Origin: Candidatus Bathyarchaeia archaeon
GTDB lineage: Archaea > Thermoproteota > Bathyarchaeia > 40CM-2-53-6
Direction: 5' to 3'
Assembly (NCBI GenBank): GCA_049513715.1
Contig: JBEKVV010000002.1
Location: forward strand, 32,001-96,000
DNA: 64,000 bases
In this document: positions 38,254-45,775 of the stretch, one piece after another
Layout: each line of letters opens with the position of its first letter
How positions within the stretch are numbered: the stretch's first letter is position 1
Notes under the pieces: generated by a model
What the model was told of the DNA's origin: nothing
Database searches by the model: none
What the model saw: only the letters and a program-made list of their open reading frames with translations
Program-made: the position numbers and the translations under genes

Positions 38254-39609
38254 ATGTGGACCGTTAAGTCGGAATCTGGGACGCTTCACGCAGCCCTCAT
38301 ACAGGACACGACTAGGAATTTCTGGGAGAACAAACTGCCCTTCGTCGGCGGAGAATCGAACTTACAATACCTACCCAGATGCCCCCACGCCGACTACGAC
38401 GCCGGGGGACATGACCAATGGTTGAAACTGGGACAGTTCTTCGAGGAAGAAGGGGTGCAAGTGTTCGAAGTCACCTCGATTCTGAGGAAGGCTATCGAAC
38501 GAGCATCGGAAGCGGGACGAAGGGAAATAATCAAAATGTTCTGGGGCGAGAATCCCCGGGCTCCATCCCCCGCTGAACTCAAGGTTGAACACATAACTGA
38601 CGGCTACCCGCCGACGCCATACTACGACCAAGCTAATGATCAAGTCATACTTCCCGACTTCAAGAGAGCAACGTGGACTTACACCAGGGACACATCATTC
38701 ACGACTCAGATAGGGACGGTCATCTGCAACATGCGCAGATACAGCAGACTACTTGAGCCAAAAGTTGTGAAACTCGCATACGAGTCCGACCCAGTCCTGA
38801 AGAAGAATGTCAGCCTAATCTGGGACGCGAACGACCTAACCATAGCAAATACAGAGTCACCAAACATTGAGGGAGGCGATACCGAAATAATCGATGAAGA
38901 GACCATAGCAGTTGGCCTCGGGCAACGGTCAACTTTTACAGGTTTCTTAGAGTTTGCCAAGAGAATATTTTCCACTGATCCGAATAAGCAGGTCAAGTAT
39001 GTTTGCGCGGTCTTCAATGCTGATTATCCAGCAGTGGACTACATGCACCTAGATGTTGTCATCAACTTTCCAGCAAACCGGAAGGCGCTCATCATGCCCT
39101 ACTATTTTGAGAGCGAAATAGTCAAAGACATGCCCCCGAAAAAACTCCTGCTGAAACTGCTCGCCGCCACAAGGGCGCAATCGGAACGCGATGCGAGGCC
39201 CATGCATGATGTTGTAGGCCCCGCCGCGTTCGAGAAAGCGGGTCAATGCTACGTGTACGTCAGGGGTGAACGAAATGAACCCGTGCTTCTGAGGCGTGAG
39301 GTGAGCCTCGTAGACTTCCTGATCAAAGAGGACAAGATTGACAAGGACGGTTTGATTTTTGTGGGCGGGGAACCGAAGGAGAAGAACGACATGAAGCACC
39401 TGATGCTCGCGCTGATGGAGCAGACTCGCGGCGCAACCAATATAGTGACAGTAAAATCGGGCACAGTCATATCCTACGCCCGAACCACAGCCACCCTTGA
39501 AGCGCTGAAACAAAACGGAATCCGCGTCAAGAAATGGGATGACAGTTACCTAGACATGCTAGGAGGACCGCACTGCTCAACAGCCCCACTCTCCAGAGAC
39601 CCTAACTAA
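38254..39609 (+). CDS. Arginine deiminase-like amidinotransferase-superfamily protein
   Basis: VKSESG, YTRD, IEGGD, MHLD, GGPHCST (catalytic Cys). Confidence 0.82.
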   Translation: MWTVKSESGTLHAALIQDTTRNFWENKLPFVGGESNLQYLPRCPHADYDAGGHDQWLKLGQFFEEEGVQVFEVTSILRKAIERASEAGRREIIKMFWGENPRAPSPAELKVEHITDGYPPTPYYDQANDQVILPDFKRATWTYTRDTSFTTQIGTVICNMRRYSRLLEPKVVKLAYESDPVLKKNVSLIWDANDLTIANTESPNIEGGDTEIIDEETIAVGLGQRSTFTGFLEFAKRIFSTDPNKQVKYVCAVFNADYPAVDYMHLDVVINFPANRKALIMPYYFESEIVKDMPPKKLLLKLLAATRAQSERDARPMHDVVGPAAFEKAGQCYVYVRGERNEPVLLRREVSLVDFLIKEDKIDKDGLIFVGGEPKEKNDMKHLMLALMEQTRGATNIVTVKSGTVISYARTTATLEALKQNGIRVKKWDDSYLDMLGGPHCSTAPLSRDPN

Positions 39610-39917
39610 AGGATATGAATGCCATCCAGGAACACGCTGACTTCGTAGCGTTCACCAGTGGGTGGCCCAGCAAGAACCCCTGCAAGGTTGTCCATCAGTT
39701 CCCGGTAAAGAGGGCTGGTTTCGAATTGTGTCAGGTCGTCTTGCGTTTCCCATAGGTTGATCGAGATCGCTTTCCCGGTGTCGCGCTGTGTAAGCAGAAG
39801 TTGACCTTTGAACCCCTTTTGCTTCTGCATAACCGGTACAATGGAATCTTTGACTATGCGGCTTGCTTCCTGAATCTTCCCGGATTGAAACTGGACGTTC
39901 ACCGCTCTCGCATACAT
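39606..39917 (-). CDS. ABM (antibiotic biosynthesis monooxygenase-like) domain protein
   Basis: MYAR...QKGFKG...SINLWET...YEV dimeric alpha-beta barrel pattern. Confidence 0.75.
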   Translation of the reverse strand: MYARAVNVQFQSGKIQEASRIVKDSIVPVMQKQKGFKGQLLLTQRDTGKAISINLWETQDDLTQFETSPLYRELMDNLAGVLAGPPTGERYEVSVFLDGIHIL

Positions 39918-40117
39918 CCCTTATCTCCTCACACGCTTGAATCGTTCTCTCAAGTACTTGGGCTTTCCTAGAAGTTCATCAATGAATCAGAAACAAGACA
40001 GTGGCCCTAATAATCGGGCAAAAGGAGGAGCTACAAATCACAGAGGCACAAATTCGAGGTAGGGCTCGCAGTTATCCAGTGGAAATGAGTGTACTGGGTT
40101 CGTCAGTTTGCGTATTC

Positions 40118-40312
40118 GGTGGGATTTGAACCCCCCGCAGTTCCCGTGCGTGGCTGGATGAACCCCGGAAGTTTGTTGGGGCTTGATTCTTTCTCGCTAG
40201 ACAACTAAACTCATGTTCCACTAATTGCATATCTAGCACTAATTGTTTAGGTCAACGTTGGACAATGTTGAGTTCGAACTCTTGTCCGCGTAAGCTGAGC
40301 AGACGGCGACTT
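40118..40312 (-). repeat. att-like site R4: 16-nt tRNA T-arm match plus conserved element
   Basis: GGTGGGATTTGAACCC, then ~180 bp colinear with R2. Confidence 0.85.
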
Positions 40313-41000
40313 CTATTTCGTTATACCCACGTGCTCTCTGACTTTCCGCACTAGCACCGAGTATCGTGGGTCGGTTCTTGCCTGGGCGAAGAGTGGTGAG
40401 TGCATCAGGAATAAGGGGACTAGTGCATGGGTTTCAATGACCTTGTACATAAGTTCGAAGAAGGAGTCGAGGTCTCCGAGGGCGTAATAGACGTAGGCGA
40501 TGTAGTTGAAGGAGATCGGTCCCATTTTCGCGTCCTCAATCCTCTTTATCATGAGCAGCGCCGTCTCCCTGTCGCCTTCCCTAGCTGCAATGACTCCTCT
40601 CACCCACATGACCCAGGGACGAGTGGGCTCAAGCTTCTCCGCCTTCGCATGAAACTCCTTAGCTTTCTCGATGTCGCCCTTGGTTAGGTAGTAATCCGTC
40701 ATGCCCCTGTAAACCTCTGCTGGGGCTAGTTGCTCGGTCTTCTTCCAGTGTTCTAGTGCCTCCTGATGCCTGCCCGTAAAGAGGTATGTTTCTCCAACAA
40801 GCCAGATGTAGTGGGGTCTCAGTGGGTCTAAGCGGTAGGCTGTCTCTATTTGCTTAACCATCTCTCCTTCGTTCCCTCTGAGTGCAGCCAGTTCGAACAA
40901 ACAACGGTATGGTTCGGTGAGACTCGGGTTAAGCTCCAACGCCTTTCTTGCCTCCGCCTCTGCACCCGGCATGTCGTCCATATCGAAGAGCAATCCCGAG
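40313..41000 (-). pseudogene. 3' part (TPRs) of the IS-interrupted KaiC-like/TolB-like/TPR gene
   Basis: Paralogous to the C-terminal half of 23069-24433; joins in frame to 43749-45147 once the IS is removed. Confidence 0.88.
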
Positions 41001-41060
41001 GGTAACGTCACTTCTGCGTTTGGTGAAAGCATCTCGTAGCTGTGTAACAATTCGTTTGGT

Positions 41061-41546
41061 TCAGTAGCGTCTTTCGTAGCGAGAAAGTTTAATCTTCGCC
41101 TTGGCTGGCCTGAGAATTGTGCGTTGTATGCGTTCCCTGAAAGTTATGTCAAATTTCAAGAAGACTGAATCCCGACCCAGTACAGTATACGGTATAGCCT
41201 CTGGATTGACTGGGACGAAGACAGGCATGTCTGCGAAAGTTGCTATATTATTTCCCGCTTTCAAGACCTCGATGGTGAGGTTGAAAATCACTGTGTCGAA
41301 CCCGCCGCCTGCACCTATAGATGGTGTTGCCTTTTTGGGGTCTATTTGGAGACCTAAGATTTCTGCTAGGTCTGTTGGGACGAATGTATTGGTCGCTCCT
41401 GAATCAACAAGACCTAAAGTTGTTAGACTTGCTGTTGCTGTCCTAAGTCTGACATGGAGAAGCGGAACCCTAAACGCTCGCTTAAGCAGGGGATGATAAT
41501 ATGAAAGATAACGATTTACTACAGCACCTTTGAAAAGAGAGGACAA
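41061..41546 (-). CDS. Retropepsin-like aspartyl protease
   Basis: LVDSGA...LAEILGL...VLGRD. Confidence 0.82.
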   Translation of the reverse strand: MSSLFKGAVVNRYLSYYHPLLKRAFRVPLLHVRLRTATASLTTLGLVDSGATNTFVPTDLAEILGLQIDPKKATPSIGAGGGFDTVIFNLTIEVLKAGNNIATFADMPVFVPVNPEAIPYTVLGRDSVFLKFDITFRERIQRTILRPAKAKIKLSRYERRY

Positions 41547-41552
41547 GTTAGG

Positions 41553-41747
41553 TTACAGCAGCATTACGGTGTCGGACGGAATTTTCATAACGAATGGCTC
41601 CTTGTCTGGATACCTTCGTTTGGCTTCCGCGAACACTTCTTTTCCGCTGTCACCAGATGCAACAAGTTCCTTGCCAACGAGCGCAATCCATTTGCCTACA
41701 TACTCGCGTAGATCGCCCATTGACATTAGGTAGTTCAAATAGTCCAT
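41553..41747 (-). CDS. DUF5678-like small protein
   Basis: YVGKWIAL...VASG....V..EAK..YP...PFV. Confidence 0.75.
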   Translation of the reverse strand: MDYLNYLMSMGDLREYVGKWIALVGKELVASGDSGKEVFAEAKRRYPDKEPFVMKIPSDTVMLL

Positions 41748-41817
41748 TTTTCTCTACTCCTGAAAAATAACAACTGTACATTTAACCCTGTTGTTCGCCT
41801 ATCCAATGTTACAGTCG

Positions 41818-42015
41818 TTAATCCTCTTTCCTTCTAACAGTTTTAGACGGGTCGGCGCTAATCCAGAGAACAATGGCTTCCTCGACAGCTTCCGAGATGT
41901 TGCCTTTTTTCATGCCTTTACGCTTGAAAACCTCTTCTTTGAACCGCTTTTCTCTGTCTGCTGGCAAATACACATCTATTCGAGATTTGCCTTTTGGGAC
42001 GCTTGGAGACACCAT
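41818..42015 (-). CDS. Ribbon-helix-helix-like DNA-binding protein
   Basis: RIDVYLP...KRFKEEV...GNISEAVEEAI; divergent from the transposase. Confidence 0.65.
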   Translation of the reverse strand: MVSPSVPKGKSRIDVYLPADREKRFKEEVFKRKGMKKGNISEAVEEAIVLWISADPSKTVRRKED

Positions 42016-42123
42016 CTAGCCCTCAGAAAGCATATAGACACATTACCACTTATAACCTTTACCCCCTTACCACCAGCTTTATCTAGGAAAGAGGCGTATA
42101 GGTGTTTAAGTGGTAAACCACCA

Positions 42124-43248
42124 ATGCAAGTCCTCAGAACTCGTGAAGAAAGGGGCCGAATAATTGCCGAAAAGTCTAACCAAATTGTTCGATTGGATGA
42201 ACGGTTCTACCGTGTAACTTCTCAGTCTGGCAATGGAATGTATGATGTGACCAAGCGCAAGGTCGGTGGATGGTTATGTACTTGCCCCGACTTCGAGTTT
42301 CGTAACGTTCAATGTAAGCACGTTTGGGCTGTCCAATTCAGCCTAGCCGTAAGGAAAGAGGTCGAGGCTAGAGTCATTGAGCCAATAACAGACATACACG
42401 CTTGCCTATTCTGCAAATCCGAGAACATAATTCGCTGGGGCTTACGCCACAACAAGTACGGCGACATTCAGAAATTCTCCTGCAAATCATGTGGCAAATT
42501 CTTCACGATCAATCTAGGCTTTGAGAAGATGAAGCACAGCCCTCAAGCGATAACGACAGCCATGCAACTATACTTCTCAGGCGAAAGTCTACGGAATACG
42601 GCTAGATCGCTACGCTTGATTGGAGCGCAAGTGAGCCATCAGACAATCTACAGGTGGATAGCCAAGTACACGACATTGATGGAGAAATATCTGGACAAGA
42701 TTACGCCTCAAGTCTCGGACACTTGGGCCACAGACGAATTATTTCTGAAGATTAAGGGGAACATGAAGTATCTCTACGCTATGATGGATGAGCAAACACG
42801 GTTTTGGATAGCTCAAGAGGTTGCGGATACGAAATACACGGCTGACGTTCGACCACTATTCCAACTCGCCAAGCAAATCGCAGGCAAGCAACCAAAGACG
42901 CTCGTCTCTGACGGTGCGGCCAATTTCCATGAAGCATACCTGAAAGAGTTCCGCACAGCCAAACTTGAGAACAGAACCGAACACATACGACACATCAGAC
43001 TAGCAGGAGATTACAACAATAACAAGATGGAGCGCATGAACGGGGAAATCAGAGACCGAGAAAAAGTGATGCGGGGCTTAGAAATCAAAGACAGCCCAAT
43101 ACTCAAGGGCGTACAAATCTACCATAACTTTGTGAAGCCGCACATGGCACTAGACAACAGAACACCCGCTCAAGCAGCGGGAATAGAAGTCAAGGGCAAA
43201 GACAAATGGCTAACAATCATACAGAACGCTAGTCAAGAGAAAACCTAA
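42124..43248 (+). CDS. IS6-like DDE transposase with N-terminal SWIM and Zn-ribbon domains
   Basis: CTCPDF...CKH, CLFC...CKSC, WATDE, VSDG, NNKMER; ATG at 42124 preferred over 41791. Confidence 0.9.
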   Translation: MQVLRTREERGRIIAEKSNQIVRLDERFYRVTSQSGNGMYDVTKRKVGGWLCTCPDFEFRNVQCKHVWAVQFSLAVRKEVEARVIEPITDIHACLFCKSENIIRWGLRHNKYGDIQKFSCKSCGKFFTINLGFEKMKHSPQAITTAMQLYFSGESLRNTARSLRLIGAQVSHQTIYRWIAKYTTLMEKYLDKITPQVSDTWATDELFLKIKGNMKYLYAMMDEQTRFWIAQEVADTKYTADVRPLFQLAKQIAGKQPKTLVSDGAANFHEAYLKEFRTAKLENRTEHIRHIRLAGDYNNNKMERMNGEIRDREKVMRGLEIKDSPILKGVQIYHNFVKPHMALDNRTPAQAAGIEVKGKDKWLTIIQNASQEKT

Positions 43249-43279
43249 TCCCAGTTCTCGATAAACTTAGGAAGTCTTG

Positions 43280-43513
43280 TCAAGTCTTGTTCGGCGACTT
43301 GAGGAGAGCTATCCAGTCAAGCGCCCTCTTCTTCACCTCACCAACCGAGGCTTTTTCACCGATTTCGATTAACGCAGGTATAGCAGTTACACCAAATGCG
43401 GCGACAGCGTTAACTGCTGATACTCTAGCTTCATAATCTGCCCATTTCGCATACGTAGGCATAGATTGTAGAGCTACCCCCTTCAGTCTATCTATCTGCT
43501 CCTTCTCTGACAA
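43280..43513 (-). CDS. Small HEAT-repeat-like hypothetical protein (IS passenger)
   Basis: ARVSAVNAVAAFGVTAIPALIE helical repeat pattern. Confidence 0.5.
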   Translation of the reverse strand: MSEKEQIDRLKGVALQSMPTYAKWADYEARVSAVNAVAAFGVTAIPALIEIGEKASVGEVKKRALDWIALLKSPNKT

Positions 43514-43748
43514 TGCTGAGCACTTCCTCTATCCCTTTTCTATATGGATGATTCATGTACCATGCCAGAAAAGCCTTTGCGTCATTTCCATCCATTTTGA
43601 GTATGATCTCGAAGAAGCCAAGCTCGTTCCGTAGATGCCTCGTCACACGCCATCTTAACCACCGATTTACAAACGCTCTACGCCACCGACCAAACGGTTT
43701 GTTACAGCCCAAAAAAATCGGTCTACCAAACTAAGACGTTACGTTACC

Positions 43749-45147
43749 ATCCCGAGAGACATGAGTGAGCCTCGGGCAAGTCGGGGTCCAGGTTGATGGC
43801 ACGATCTAGCGGTGCCTTCGCATTTGAGAGGGAACCACCGTAAGAATCCTGTCCGGATTCGGCAAGGGCCAGGTGACACTCGGCTATACCCACATACGCC
43901 CTCGCGAACTCGGAGTCCAACTCGATGGCCTTCTCGAAGAGACTTATAGCCTGCCTAAGAGAATCCTTAGTCTCCTCCCTGAAAAGTTCCCGGCCCCGCA
44001 GAAAGAATGTGTACGCTTCAGTGTTCTCGGTAGGTTTCTTCTCCAGAGTTCTCTTCTCGGAGTCCACCAGACGAACCCTGAGCTCCTCTGCCACCTTCTC
44101 AGCTATCTCCGATTGTATGGCGAAAACATCCTCCAGCTGCCTATCATAGTTCTGAGCCCACAGATGCTTATCACCTGCCACATCGATAAGCTGGGCAGTG
44201 ATCCGTATCCTATTTCCCGCTTTCCTGAAACTGCCCTCAAGAATGGAACCCACGTCCAGTTCTCTACCGATCTCGCCTAGTTTCTTCGCGGTCCCCTTGT
44301 ATCCCATTACTGATGTTCTCGAGATGACACTAAGACCACTAATCCCTGACACAATGGAGATGATCTCCTCAGTTATGCCATCCGCGAAATACTGGTCGTT
44401 TGTGTCCGGGCTCATGTTAGCGAATGGCAGGACTGCGATTCGAGTCTTCTCAAGCTCTGACTTGCTCACGCTCCTCTTCTCAGCTACGAGTCCCTCCAGC
44501 GGGAATTCTCTCTGGGACATTTCTACTCCATGAGCCCACTTGATACGGAAGAACTTCCGTTGTCGTCCCTCGACATCTCTCTCGAAGATTTCTATGCTCG
44601 CATCGAACACGTCCTCCAACGCCTGCGTCTCCTCGGCCGTGTGCATGTACGGATTGAGAACTGCGAGGGTTGTGATACCCCTTCCACGGAGTCGTTCCAA
44701 GAGTTCGTTGAGCCATTTCCTCGTTTGAAGCGCCTTATGCCTCAGCAATACGTCCGAGAGAATATCCAAGCCGAGGCGTTTCGGGTGGGTGGCGCCTAAG
44801 GCTTCGTTGATTTGAAGGTTCAAGTCGGTGAGGTTCTCGATTCCCTTACCGGGCAGGATGCCCTTTGCGGGTGAGACGGGTTTGTCGCTGCAAATCAGAC
44901 ATGCCGTGCCTTCAGCCGCATCTGGCACGATCACTTGGGCGAAGGAGAGGTTACGGCATATCAGTAAGCTAGGCTGCTCGCTCTTCAGGAACTTACCCAG
45001 CAGAATTGGCACCTCGTCGCCTGCTGGAGCGTTCAGCACAACCATGGAACCAGAAAGGAACCCCCCGTGTAGAGCCTCGTCCAGTCTACCGTAACCAGTT
45101 GAAACCTTCGTCCGAATAGAACTGACCGAGGCGCCTTCGGAGGTCAC
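43749..45147 (-). pseudogene. 5' part of the KaiC-like + TolB-like + TPR gene interrupted by IS6
   Basis: N-terminus paralogous to the 22542 gene (VSTGYGRLDEAL, LSDVLLRHKALQTRKWL), then RIAVLPFANMSPD. Confidence 0.88.
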
Positions 45148-45366
45148 GTTAATTCGCGCACAATCACTCCCCACAGCTATATTATCCCTGAGACTGGTTG
45201 CATCAGCCGGACATCAGCCAATCAGCACGAGCGAGCAACGATTCCATCGAGCCTTTCTTTATGAGTCATGAATACGAGACTCGATTATTCGGTAGGCCGT
45301 AGACTGAACTGTTGACTCGTGACAAGCCGTGCTCATTGTCGCATGAGCAACGTTACGTGAAGGAGT

Positions 45367-45477
45367 TGGCGCCGGGGGTGGGATTTGAACCCACGAGACT
45401 CAGAGAGTCATCGGCTTAGCAAGCCGACGCCATACCAGGCTACCAGACCAATGTTGCGGTCTCTTGGCTACCCCGGC
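45367..45477 (-). tRNA. tRNA-Ser(GCT) with encoded CCA and a 23-nt intron at position 15/16
   Basis: GCCGGGG/CCCCGGC acceptor stem, TCGGC-TTGCTAA-GCCGA anticodon arm, long variable arm, GGTTCAAATCC; intron at 45440-45462. Confidence 0.93.
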
Positions 45478-45775
45478 AACCATACGTGCAAATCCAATAT
45501 GGTTCCTCTAGAATAGCATGTCGGCCAATTGAGGCCTCTCACATCCACCTCCCCCACTACTTCAGAGTTTCTCACCGAATGGCGTGACTTGGTAGCGGCA
45601 ACCTGAGCCAGAAAAGATGTCTAGACTATGTCCTTCAGGAGCGGTGGTTTGATGGAGCTGTTCGTTAAATTGTGCTTGATTTGGCCCGTGTAGTGAGTAA
45701 CCCATTCGGCTAGGTGGAAGGAATCTATCTGTGGACCGCTCATAAGAAGCCCAGACGCCTTGCAGCTTAATACGA

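Larger units (their letters stand above)
41001..43748 (+). mobile_element. IS6-family element with passenger genes (2748 bp)
   Basis: TIRs GGTAACGTCACTTCTGCGTTTGGT / GGTAACGTAACGTCTTAGTTTGGT (20/24); 8-bp TSD ATCCCGAG at 40993-41000 and 43749-43756. Confidence 0.92.
18907..45477 (-). mobile_element. tRNA-Ser-anchored tandem island / cassette array (~26.5 kb)
   Basis: Intact tRNA at one end plus four co-oriented copies of its 3' end; accessory cargo; no integrase seen. Confidence 0.75.

Noticed and set aside
18907..40133. tRNA fragments as additional or split tRNA genes
   Set aside because: Only 16-27 nt match (T-loop to CCA). There is no D or anticodon arm, and I saw no complementary leader for trans-splicing.
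23069..41000. Diversity-generating retroelement acting on the TPR paralogs
   Set aside because: There is no reverse transcriptase in the window, and differences between paralogs are not visibly adenine-specific.
41791..42123. 111-aa N-terminal extension of the transposase
   Set aside because: It overlaps the antisense RHH gene and an AT-rich promoter-like gap; ATG 42124 is more plausible.
43488..43712. 74-aa ORF inside the right end of the IS
   Set aside because: It may be a passenger gene, but it has no motif and an uncertain start, so it is not listed as a feature.
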